DNA of 28,828 nt, from NCBI GenBank assembly GCA_029210695.1, contig JARGFH010000009.1, positions 62,001 through 90,828 on the forward strand. Direction: 5' to 3'. The stretch is from Acidimicrobiia bacterium. GTDB lineage: Bacteria > Actinomycetota > Acidimicrobiia > Spongiisociales > JAHEDJ01. Positions 9,096-17,800 of this stretch are shown piece by piece; the first letter of the stretch is position 1; every line of letters begins with the position of its first letter. The notes beneath the pieces are model-generated. The model searched no databases and was not told where the DNA came from. It worked only from the letters and a program-made list of their open reading frames with translations. The translations under genes and the position numbers were made by a program.

Positions 9096-10034
9096 TCAGT
9101 CTTCGAAATGGGCGGCGGCTTGTCGCCGGCGATCGACGGTGACGTCGAAGATGTCGGGCCGGCTGTAATGACCGGTCGGATCGAAGTTCTGGCGCTCGGC
9201 TCTCACCACGGCCGGATCGATATCGGCTATGACCAAGCGTTCCTCTCCCGAGACCGGTTCCACCAGCCAGTGACCACTTGGGTCGGCGATCGCGGAACCA
9301 CCGTCGTAGGACGAAGCAAGGTCTGCCTCCTTGAGCAGATCGGCAAATGGAAAGCCGGAGGGGACGTCTGTCCCGGACAGGACCGCTCCGACGGCAAGGG
9401 AGTAGACCCGGCCCTCGAGCGCGATGAAGCGGGTGATATCCCGGGTGAGATGGGTCGACCCGGGCCACACCGAGACATGCAGATCCTCACCCGCCGCATA
9501 CAGGGCGTGTCGAGCCTGGGGCATCCAATTCTCCCAGCAATTGAGACCTCCGACCCTCATCCCTCCCACTTGATGGGCTCTCAGACCGTTCCCGTCACCG
9601 ATGCCCCACACCATCCGCTCCTCGTGGGTCGGCATGAGTTTTCGGTGCGCAGAGACGATCCCATGGGCGGGATCGATCGCCACCAGCGTGCAATAGATCG
9701 TCCCACTCGCCGGTCCTGTGGCCCGCTCGGTGGTTCCCAGGTAGGTGAATATGCCCAGATCTCGCACCGCTTCTGTGATGACGCGCAATTCCTCGCCGTC
9801 CATCTCGACTGCCGAATCCAGATAGGCGGCGTACGCCTTCTTCTGGTCGGGATCGTCGAATCGGGCACCGTCGGTGAGGCTCACCCAGAACGGGTACCCG
9901 GACAGGAAGGTTTCGGGGAAAGCGACGAGATCGACCTTCTGTTGGTGTGCCTCGTTCAGCCATTCGATCACTTTGACGGTGGTGGCCGACGGGTCGAGCC
10001 AGACAGGGCTTGCCTGAGCCGCGGCGATTCTCAT
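9096..10034 (-). CDS. Nitrilase (carbon-nitrogen hydrolase, CWE-type)
   Basis: Glu-Lys-Cys triad in FPETF, HRKLMPT and NCWENW; C-terminal FDPTGHYSRPD. ATG at 10034 overlaps the amidase stop (ATGA). Confidence 0.92.
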   Translation of the reverse strand: MRIAAAQASPVWLDPSATTVKVIEWLNEAHQQKVDLVAFPETFLSGYPFWVSLTDGARFDDPDQKKAYAAYLDSAVEMDGEELRVITEAVRDLGIFTYLGTTERATGPASGTIYCTLVAIDPAHGIVSAHRKLMPTHEERMVWGIGDGNGLRAHQVGGMRVGGLNCWENWMPQARHALYAAGEDLHVSVWPGSTHLTRDITRFIALEGRVYSLAVGAVLSGTDVPSGFPFADLLKEADLASSYDGGSAIADPSGHWLVEPVSGEERLVIADIDPAVVRAERQNFDPTGHYSRPDIFDVTVDRRRQAAAHFED

Positions 10035-11452
10035 GGTGCACCAGCTTTCAGGGGAGGCCGGCGTTGCTTCCACGGCGCTGCTTCTTCAAATGCGGCCGCC
10101 AGTCGAAGGACGGACGCGTCATCGAATCGTCGCCCGACGATTTGCATGCCAATGGGCATGGCATCCCGCGAGAACCCACACGGCACCGACACGACCGGGC
10201 ATTGACCGATGAAGTTGAACGGCGACGTCAGATCCAGCCCTGCGTACCTGCCGTCGGGGGTCGTGCCTTCAAAATCGCGGTCATTGGCTTCGGCAGGTGG
10301 GGCGGTGAGGGCCGTAGTCGGGCACAGCAGTGCGTCATATTGCTCGAGAATCGGCCGTATCGCCTGCCATTGACGGCTACGGAGCAGTTCGATTCGTTTG
10401 AGGTCTACCGCCGACATCAAGCTGCCAGATTCGATGAGCGCGCGGACGCCGGGATCCATATGGTGGCCGTGCTCGGCAACCATATCTCCGTAGGAGGCGG
10501 CCATTACCACTCCCCAATATGCGAACCAGGCGTCGTTGATTTCACGGCTCCAGCCAAGGTCGACCGCCTCGACGATCGCTCCCCGACTTCGGAACACTCC
10601 GGCCGCGGTCGTCACCGCCGACGCCACCTCAGGATCGATGGCGTAGTACCCCAGATCGAGGGAGAGCGCCAGCCTCACCCCAGTCAGATCGGTGTCGGGT
10701 CGCAGCGAAACATCGAGGCTCGGCACCAGCGAGGTCGGGTCCCGTTCGTCCGGACCCTGCATGACGGAAAACATGAGCGCCGCGTCGGTCACCGTACGGG
10801 CGATCGGGCCGAGGTGGAAGATGGACTCGAAGTCGTTGGGAGTTATGTGCATGGGAATCCTTCCGTGGGACGGCTTGAAGCCGACCACTCCGCAGAAAGC
10901 GGCGGGGATCCTGATCGACCCACCTGCGTCAGACCCTTCGGCAATCGGCACGATCGACGCGGCAACCGCACCCGCCGATCCACCAGAGCTTCCTCCCGGA
11001 GTCCGGGTCGGGTCCCAGGGATTGCGCGAGACGCCCCACAAGGGTGAATAGGTGAACCCGGAGTGGGCGAATTCGGGAGTGGTTGTCTTCCCGATGAGGA
11101 TTCCACCTGCCCCGTACAGACGATCGAGAATCGGAGGATCGTCGTCCGGTACCCAGTGCTCGAAGGCGTATGAGCCGAGCGTTGTGCGCTTCCCGCGCGT
11201 CGGCGTGAAGTCCTTGATGGCGAAGGGCACCCCGTGCAACGGGCCAAGCGGGTCACCCTTCAGAACTGCGGTTTCGGCTCGTCGGGCCGCAGCCCGGGCC
11301 TCATGCGGATACACAAAACAGAACAGATTGAGGGCCGGATTGTACTGTTCGATCGCAGCCAGAAAAGCATCGATTACTTCGACCGGGGAGACATCACGGC
11401 GGCTGATCATGCTTGCCAGTTCCGTGGCAGGAACGAAGCGGAGGTCCTTCAT
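10031..11452 (-). CDS. Amidase-signature family amidase
   Basis: LHGVPFAIKD, GKTTTPEF, TPGGSSGGS and GSDAGGSIRIPA (Lys-cisSer-Ser triad). Confidence 0.93.
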   Translation of the reverse strand: MKDLRFVPATELASMISRRDVSPVEVIDAFLAAIEQYNPALNLFCFVYPHEARAAARRAETAVLKGDPLGPLHGVPFAIKDFTPTRGKRTTLGSYAFEHWVPDDDPPILDRLYGAGGILIGKTTTPEFAHSGFTYSPLWGVSRNPWDPTRTPGGSSGGSAGAVAASIVPIAEGSDAGGSIRIPAAFCGVVGFKPSHGRIPMHITPNDFESIFHLGPIARTVTDAALMFSVMQGPDERDPTSLVPSLDVSLRPDTDLTGVRLALSLDLGYYAIDPEVASAVTTAAGVFRSRGAIVEAVDLGWSREINDAWFAYWGVVMAASYGDMVAEHGHHMDPGVRALIESGSLMSAVDLKRIELLRSRQWQAIRPILEQYDALLCPTTALTAPPAEANDRDFEGTTPDGRYAGLDLTSPFNFIGQCPVVSVPCGFSRDAMPIGMQIVGRRFDDASVLRLAAAFEEAAPWKQRRPPLKAGAP

Positions 11453-12635
11453 CGGCTTTCAACTCCCTGCGCGGCCAGCCGTTGGGCCACCTCCTCCAGG
11501 TCCGTTGCGTCGACGTTTGCCACCGCCAGGCGAAGGTATGCCTCTTGACCGGGACCGAACACTGTCCCGGGAAGCGTCAGGAGGTGTTGTTCCTCGAACA
11601 GCGCACGGGCGACATCGAAATCTGTCCGGTCGGGATAAGGGTGGCGGAGCCAGGCAAAGTATCCTCCGGCTGCCTCCAGTCGGAACGGTGATCCGGCCGC
11701 CGCCAGCGCGCTGGCAAACGTCGACTGGCGCAGATAGATCTCAGCACGATTGGCGGCGGCCCAATCCCCGAGACGCTCCAACCCGTAGAGAGCGGCCAGT
11801 TGCGCCGGATGGGGGGCACAGATCATCATCGTATCGTGGAGTTTCAACGCCGCCTCTCTCACCCGTTGCCCGGCGGCCAGCGCCCCCACCCGGTATCCCG
11901 TCATTCCGAACACCTTCGAGAAGCTGTAGATATGGATCAGCAACTCTCCCCAATCGGACCGACTAAAGAGACTGTGGGGAGCGCTTCCACCCGACAACAG
12001 ATCGGCGTATGTCTCGTCGACGATTAGGGCGATGCTGTGGCGGTGGGACAACTCGGCTATCTCGTCTATCACCGTGGAAGGGATAACTGCTCCGGTCGGG
12101 TTGTTGGGGGTCACGAGGAGAATCGCCCGGGTGCGGGGGCCAAGGAGCGCCGCGATGTCTGCGGCATCCGGAATCCCGGCGTGCCCCTCGCCGATCGGTA
12201 CCAGCACCGGGGTGATTCCCAGCGCCTCCATCGCCATGATGTGATCGAAGTAGTAGGGCACCGGCACGACCACTCTTCGTCACCCGGCCGGCAGACGGCC
12301 AACAGGGCCAGCCAGAATGCCTGACTAGCGCCAGCCGTGATGATGAAGTCCCCGGCATCCAAATCAGCCGCGTACATGGCGCAGTGGTGCCTGGCCAGGG
12401 CTCGGCGGAGGGGGCCGAGCCCCTCCAAATCGGTGTACAAAGCGGTCTGCGGGTCGGTCAGCCGCCCGGCGAGGTCGGCGATGAGCTCTGGCGGAGGCGG
12501 GTAGTCGGGTACCGCCTGCGTAAGGTCGATCAAAGGCTTGGACCGAGGAAAGCTCCTGCCCTCCGACCAACCGCGTACCTCTGCAATCGGCGGGAAGGCG
12601 ACCGACTCGATCCATGGATTGAGCTGAATTGGCAT
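11449..12635 (-). pseudogene. Class I/II PLP-dependent aminotransferase split by a 2-nt insertion (true pseudogene or assembly error)
   Basis: The N-half ORF (...AVCRPGDE) and C-half ORF (VVVPVPYYFDH...VTPNNPTG...VDETY...YSFSKVFGMTGYRVG) join into 394 aa if the extra GA at 12274-12275 is removed. Confidence 0.85.
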
Positions 12636-13429
12636 CAGCGGTCCGAGAACTCGGCGCCGAGAAACTTGGGGAGATTCCCGAATGCCGCGAACAGCGAAAA
12701 CACGGTAGTGGCGAGCAACGTGAACACAACGGACACTGACGCGATCGTCGGGGTAAAACCGTATCGCAGGCTGTTGAAGATCTTGATCGGCAGTGTCACC
12801 ACCGAGAAGCCGGCAACCATGAAAGCAACGATGTACTCGTTCAAGCTCAACACGAACGCTGCCGCGTAACCGGTGACGAGATACGGCAGGAGCAGCGGAA
12901 GCGTCACCGTTCGGAACGTGACCCGGGGGCCGGCCCCCAGCGTGCGTGACGCCTCGCCCAGCGCCGGATCCATGGACTGCATGCCGAGAGTGATTGTGAT
13001 GAGCGGGATCGTCGAGAAAAACACGCCATGCGCAATGATGACGTTCTCGATTCGGCCGATGTGACCGGTTGCATTCCAGAAAACGAGAGCACCGAGAGCA
13101 CTAATCACCGGCGGCAGCATGAACGGAAGCGTGCCGAGTGCAAAAAGGCCGCCGTTGAAACGAGTCCGGTAGGTGCGCAAGAAATAGGCGAGTGGCAGCG
13201 CAATGGCGACGGCGAGCAGCGCGCTGCTGGCGGCGATGGTGAAGCTGTTGAACATGGCTGAACGCCATTGGCTGTCGGCAACCAGCTGGACATACCAGTC
13301 GTTGGAGAAGGCCTTGGGTGGGAACGCCATATAGCGGGATTCGTTGAAAGATACGACTCCCACGACGAACAGCGGGCCAACGAGAAACACGATCACGACC
13401 CCAACAACCAGCCGGCGCAACGGTCGCAT
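12635..13429 (-). CDS. ABC transporter permease (PotC-like)
   Basis: MRPLRRLVVG...FPPKAFSNDWY and EAA loop GEASRTLGA. TGATG overlaps at both ends show the real start is 13429, not 13873. Confidence 0.9.
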   Translation of the reverse strand: MRPLRRLVVGVVIVFLVGPLFVVGVVSFNESRYMAFPPKAFSNDWYVQLVADSQWRSAMFNSFTIAASSALLAVAIALPLAYFLRTYRTRFNGGLFALGTLPFMLPPVISALGALVFWNATGHIGRIENVIIAHGVFFSTIPLITITLGMQSMDPALGEASRTLGAGPRVTFRTVTLPLLLPYLVTGYAAAFVLSLNEYIVAFMVAGFSVVTLPIKIFNSLRYGFTPTIASVSVVFTLLATTVFSLFAAFGNLPKFLGAEFSDR

Positions 13430-14301
13430 CAGGAGACCCTCTCGCCGCGGCCGCCAAGCCAGGAAACGGCGCCGACGATGGCCAGGCTCAGAACGGTGAG
13501 GAACATTGCCATGGCGGCGGCGAACGGAACGTTGGCATTGAAGGTTGCCTGATCTGAGATGAACACCGACAGCGTCCAATGCTGGGGGCGTCCCAGAATG
13601 GCCGCAATCAGGTAGCTGCCGAGGGTGAACACGAAGACAAGAAGGAACGCGGCCAGAATCGTGAGACGGCTGATCGGCACTACCACCGTCCAGAAGGTTC
13701 GCCACGGTGATGCTCCCAGGGTCTCCGCAGCTTCGGTGATCTCCCGATCTAGTCGTGACAGCGAAGGGTAGAGGGTGAGGATGCAGTACGGAAAGGCGAT
13801 GTACATGAGCCCGAGCACCACCGCCAGGTAGCTGGGCGCGTACGACTTTGGCTCGCTCATCAAACCCAGCCAAACGAGCACGTTAGACAATCCGGACGAC
13901 CTTCCCAGAATGACGTTCCAGGAGAACGCGACGATCACTTCCGACAGCGTCAAGGCCGACAAGGTGAGCACCAGCAGAACGGTCTGACTTCGCTGGCGCA
14001 TCCGCGTCAAGAAGAAGGTGAACGGGAAACCGATCAGCACGACCAGAAGGGCGACCAACAGGCAGATCTGAATCGAGAAGGCCGTTCGCTCGAGGAATAT
14101 CTTGCTGAAGAGTCGTTCGTAACTGTCGGTAACGAATGCCGGTTCGTAGAAACCTCCCTCGATTCGCCGGTAGAACGAGGTTGCCAGCATGAAGCCGAAG
14201 GGGGCCAGAAAGAAGATCCCGAGGACGGCCACCGGGAAGGCGAGGACGCGATAGGCGCGGAGCGGCGTGTCCGTCGCCTGCTCGGTGGTGTCGGTGCTCA
14301 C
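13429..14301 (-). CDS. ABC transporter permease (PotB-like)
   Basis: TEAAETLGASPWRTFWTVVVP EAA loop and multiple TM helices. GTG at 14301 overlaps the ATPase stop. Confidence 0.9.
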   Translation of the reverse strand: MSTDTTEQATDTPLRAYRVLAFPVAVLGIFFLAPFGFMLATSFYRRIEGGFYEPAFVTDSYERLFSKIFLERTAFSIQICLLVALLVVLIGFPFTFFLTRMRQRSQTVLLVLTLSALTLSEVIVAFSWNVILGRSSGLSNVLVWLGLMSEPKSYAPSYLAVVLGLMYIAFPYCILTLYPSLSRLDREITEAAETLGASPWRTFWTVVVPISRLTILAAFLLVFVFTLGSYLIAAILGRPQHWTLSVFISDQATFNANVPFAAAMAMFLTVLSLAIVGAVSWLGGRGERVS

Positions 14302-15389
14302 GATGCCACGACGACGCACGATTCCGGCGGGAAATACACGGTGACGGGGTCACCCTGGGCCACGTCGGGATGTTCCTGGGGGCTTCCTGACACCACAATG
14401 CTCTGCTCGAGGCCACAATCGACGTAGCACTCGAAGGACTCGCCCAGATCTCGGACAAACACGACGGTGCCCGGAACCATGTTTGATCCCTGGTCATCCG
14501 GGGGGATAATCCGGGCATTCTCAGGGCGAACCGAAATCTGGATCTCCGAGCCGATCGATGGTTCCGAGTGACCGGGCGAGAACGCAAACTCGCGATTCGC
14601 CACCTCGCCGAACCCGGCTCTGGTGACCCGGACACCCAGCAGATTCGTGGATCCGATGAAGCGAGCAACGAACGCCGTGGCGGGTCGCCGGTATACCTCG
14701 AGCGGTGGACCGACTTGCTCGACGCGACCGTGGTTCATCACGACCACCAGGTCGGACATGGTCATCGCTTCTCGCTGATCGTGTGTCACCATCACGGTGG
14801 TGACGTGCAGGCGCTGCTGGAGGAGACGCAACTCCACTTGCAGCGCCTCACGCAAGTTGGCGTCAAGGGCAGAAAGCGGCTCGTCGAGCAAGAACAGCTT
14901 GGGATCGCGCGCAAGTGCCCGAGCCATTGCGACTCGCTGTTGCTGACCCCCGGAAAGTTTGGTGATCCGCCGCTCCCCCAACCCCTCCAGGTCTACCAGG
15001 CTCAACAACTCGTCGACTCGACGCTGCATGTCGGAAGCAGAGCCGCCCCGAATGCGGAGGGCATAGCCGATGTTCTGTCGGACGTTCAGATGGGGGAACA
15101 ACGCCAGCGACTGGAACACCATTCCGACGTCGCGTGTGTGTGACGGTTCGTCGGTGATGTCGTCACCGTTGACCATAACCCTTCCGCTGGTGGGTACCTC
15201 GAGGCCGGCGATCATCCTCAGCAACGTCGTCTTTCCGCAGCCTGACGGACCCAGAAACGAGATGAGTTTTCCCTCGGGAAGACCCAGGCTCACGCCATCC
15301 ACGGCTCGAACCGAGCCGAAATGCTTGACGAGGCTGTCGAGAACGAGCCAGCTGTCGGGGGCTACTCGGAGAAGATCTGCTCTGTCCAC
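14298..15389 (-). CDS. ABC transporter ATP-binding protein (PotA-like, C-terminal TOBE domain); start uncertain (15389 GTG or 15413 TTG)
   Basis: GPSGCGKTT, LSGGQQQR, LLDEPLSALD, VTHDQREA and FVARFIG. Confidence 0.9.
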   Translation of the reverse strand: MDRADLLRVAPDSWLVLDSLVKHFGSVRAVDGVSLGLPEGKLISFLGPSGCGKTTLLRMIAGLEVPTSGRVMVNGDDITDEPSHTRDVGMVFQSLALFPHLNVRQNIGYALRIRGGSASDMQRRVDELLSLVDLEGLGERRITKLSGGQQQRVAMARALARDPKLFLLDEPLSALDANLREALQVELRLLQQRLHVTTVMVTHDQREAMTMSDLVVVMNHGRVEQVGPPLEVYRRPATAFVARFIGSTNLLGVRVTRAGFGEVANREFAFSPGHSEPSIGSEIQISVRPENARIIPPDDQGSNMVPGTVVFVRDLGESFECYVDCGLEQSIVVSGSPQEHPDVAQGDPVTVYFPPESCVVVAS

Positions 15390-16501
15390 TTCTGGTTGAT
15401 CCAGTCTTCCCAATCTGCGTAGATCCTGTAGTCCGGTCGAATGGCGGCATCCGGCCCGGGTCCGGAGAACGAGGCGTACTCCTCATCGGTCAGGTCCATG
15501 TGTTCCTTGGCGACGGTGGGCGACGTGCCGAGGGTTCTGGCCAACCGAGCCTGCACGGCCGGCTGGCACATCCAGTTGATGAAGACCTGGCAGGCGGCGA
15601 GGTTCTCGGTGGTCTTGGTGATTGCCCATTCCCCGGAGTCCAGGATCGCGCCCTCTTTGGGGAAGACGCTGCGGAGTGGCTCACCCTGAGAAGCGGCGTA
15701 CTCGGTGATGTCGTGATAGAACTGGCCCATTGCTACCTCACCGGTGTTGAGGGCCTGCTGAGCCGTCGCTTCGTCGCGATACCACAGCTTCACGTTGGGC
15801 TTCACCTCGGCCAGCTTGGCAAGCACTTCCTCGACGCCGTCTTGCGTGGCGAGGATCTCCTTGCCTCCGAAAAATGACACTGCCGTGATCTCGAGAAGAA
15901 ACGCGTTGCCGGGCTGAGAAAGCAGCGTGAGGCTGTCTGCCCATTGCGGGTCCCACAACGCGGTCCAGGTGTCGGGGCTCTCCGCCACACGATCGGTGTT
16001 GGACACCAGCGTGATGTACCAGGACACCGCCCCAACCCCCTTCACCAAACCGGAGTCGTCCTTGCGCACGAATCCCGGGGCCAGGTACTGGCTGTTGGGA
16101 AGAGTCGCCTCGTCAAAGCCGGCGAGGATGTCACCCTTCATGGCACGGAGCATCCCGACTACTGAAAGCATCGAAACGTCTGCCGGGATCGCTCCCGCCT
16201 GGGCCGCTTGTTCGAGTTGCACGACCCATGCTTCTGAGGTTGGCTGGGAAATCGACTCCACTTCGATCCCGGTCTCCGCGGTGAAATCCGGATAGATGGC
16301 CGCGAAATTCTCTTCGAAGAAACCGCCGTAGGTCCCGACCTTGATCTTCGAGCCGGCAAGGTCGATCGGCCCGGCCGCACTGGTGGTAGTCGCCTCTTCG
16401 GCGGTACCACAGGCAGCCAGCAGCCCCGGCAGTAGGAGCACCGCCCCGGCAGCACCCGACCGTTGCAAGAATTCCCGTCTGCTGATCGATGATTCAGTCA
16501 C
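15362..16501 (-). CDS. PotD/PotF-like ABC substrate-binding lipoprotein with Tat signal
   Basis: SRREFL twin-arginine motif, LLAAC lipobox, DFTAETGIEVE, VFPKEGA and FINWMCQP; GAGAGG RBS before the GTG. Confidence 0.88.
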   Translation of the reverse strand: MTESSISRREFLQRSGAAGAVLLLPGLLAACGTAEEATTTSAAGPIDLAGSKIKVGTYGGFFEENFAAIYPDFTAETGIEVESISQPTSEAWVVQLEQAAQAGAIPADVSMLSVVGMLRAMKGDILAGFDEATLPNSQYLAPGFVRKDDSGLVKGVGAVSWYITLVSNTDRVAESPDTWTALWDPQWADSLTLLSQPGNAFLLEITAVSFFGGKEILATQDGVEEVLAKLAEVKPNVKLWYRDEATAQQALNTGEVAMGQFYHDITEYAASQGEPLRSVFPKEGAILDSGEWAITKTTENLAACQVFINWMCQPAVQARLARTLGTSPTVAKEHMDLTDEEYASFSGPGPDAAIRPDYRIYADWEDWINQKWTEQIFSE

Positions 16502-16627
16502 AATGACCTCTCTCTTCGGACGCCTCTGCCTTCTTGACCAGACGTGGCGATAGTAGCCCCTGCATCGGTGCCACGCCCTTCGACCCGCCGTCTCGTCGAA
16601 GCCGTCCGTTGAAGACCACCCCTCGAA

Positions 16628-17644
16628 TCATTCCGCAGAGAAGTCCACGACGGCACGTCCCTTGATTCGCCCGGCTTTCAGCCGATCCAGCGCACCGTTC
16701 ACGTCCGTGAGAGAGATTCTCTCTATGTCGATGAGGGGAGCGCTGCGTGAAGCCAGAACCAGCGCATCGCGCATGTCCTGCCTGCTGCCCACCGAGGAGC
16801 CGGTGAGACGGTGCCCACCGTCGATTAGCCAGGTCATCGACAGTGGAATCCTGTCACCGGTAAGCGCTACGAAGACCACCGAAGACCGCGGATTGGCGGA
16901 TTCGATGATCGTATCCCACACCGCCGCACTCGGCGCGAAGTTGAGGAAGACCTCTGCACCGCCAAGGTCGCGTATCCCTCGCCCGGCCTGCGGCCCGGCC
17001 AGAACCAGATGGTCGGCGCCGTTCGCTCGCGCGCCGGCGAGTTTGGCGTCACTCAGGTCGACGGCCACCACTCTTGCCCCATGCTGCTTGGCGAACCCGA
17101 TCGCGAACAGCCCCAGTCCACCACAACCGAAGATCACGCAGGTCGTGCCCGGCCCCAGCTCCGTCTTGCGGATCGCGGCAAGGGCGGTGACGCCGGCACA
17201 CATCCAGGGCGCTAGTTCGACGGGGTCCCGGTCATTGTTGACGGGGACTGCGAAGGACTCGCGTACCAGGGCGTATTCGGCGAACGCTCCGTCGCGGCCA
17301 TGTCCCCGTGCGCGTTGAGCGAGGCAGGTCGTCTCGTGGCCGGTGCGACATTCCTCGCAATCCAGGCAGGTGTCGTATATCCAGCCGAAACCGACCCGAT
17401 CTCCGAGTCTGAAAAGGCTTGATGTTTCCCGGCCGAACGCAACGACCCGCCCGATGCCCTCATGACCGAGTATGAGCGGATAGGCGACGGCTTCTTCCTC
17501 ACCGTCGCGGAGATGCAGATCCGTGTGGCAGACACCACATGCTTCTACCTCCACCAGCAGTTCACCCGCGCCTGGAACAGGCACCTGCACATCCCTGATG
17601 AGTAGCGGTCCACCGCTTTGCTCGAGTACTGCGGCACTCATCAT
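16628..17644 (-). CDS. Zinc-dependent medium-chain alcohol dehydrogenase (AdhP/CAD-like)
   Basis: GVCHTDLH, GHEGIG, structural Zn site CLDCEEC...C and GCGGLG. Start placed at MMSAAVL. Confidence 0.9.
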   Translation of the reverse strand: MMSAAVLEQSGGPLLIRDVQVPVPGAGELLVEVEACGVCHTDLHLRDGEEEAVAYPLILGHEGIGRVVAFGRETSSLFRLGDRVGFGWIYDTCLDCEECRTGHETTCLAQRARGHGRDGAFAEYALVRESFAVPVNNDRDPVELAPWMCAGVTALAAIRKTELGPGTTCVIFGCGGLGLFAIGFAKQHGARVVAVDLSDAKLAGARANGADHLVLAGPQAGRGIRDLGGAEVFLNFAPSAAVWDTIIESANPRSSVVFVALTGDRIPLSMTWLIDGGHRLTGSSVGSRQDMRDALVLASRSAPLIDIERISLTDVNGALDRLKAGRIKGRAVVDFSAE

Positions 17645-17740
17645 TCTTGGTAGAGCAGGTTCGCCCACGATTGACACATCTCCCGGGTCTGCTTCGATTC
17701 TTGGTTCAGGAACCACCGCGACCGGCGGATCGGCGCCATC

Positions 17741-17770
17741 TTGACATCCGGGCCTCCGAACAGCCACTCT
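17741..17770 (+). promoter_or_regulatory. Possible sigma70-type promoter for glnD (TTGACA-N18-CACTCT)
   Basis: Perfect TTGACA, 18-bp spacer and a CAnnnT -10 hexamer, about 30 bp before the ATG, which is preceded by GAGGA. Confidence 0.4.
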
Positions 17771-17800
17771 TGATTCCCGCCAGCTCGCCGCGAGGAACCT

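Noticed and set aside
9108..11966. Long plus-strand ORFs (365, 345 and 304 aa) opposite the nitrilase and amidase
   Set aside because: Antisense shadows typical of high-GC coding DNA. They show no motifs and fully overlap well-supported genes.
13430..13873. N-terminal extension making the PotC-like permease 412 aa
   Set aside because: It overlaps the upstream permease in another frame. The TGATG junction at 13429 gives a normal 264-aa permease.
15362..15364. Stop-codon read-through (Pyl/Sec) fusing SBP and ATPase
   Set aside because: The ATPase is in a different frame from the SBP TAG; read-through gives only a short featureless tail.
16555..16605. Sigma54 promoter (TGGCAC...TGC) or riboswitch upstream of the SBP
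   Set aside because: GG-GC spacing is 7, not 10. The single hairpin CTTCGAC/GTCGAAG matches no riboswitch I recognise and may just terminate the ADH transcript.
9096..17644. Auxin (IAA) biosynthesis cluster (aminotransferase + amidase + nitrilase + ADH)
   Set aside because: The enzyme classes fit, but nothing in the sequence indicates indole specificity, and coupling to an importer favours catabolism.
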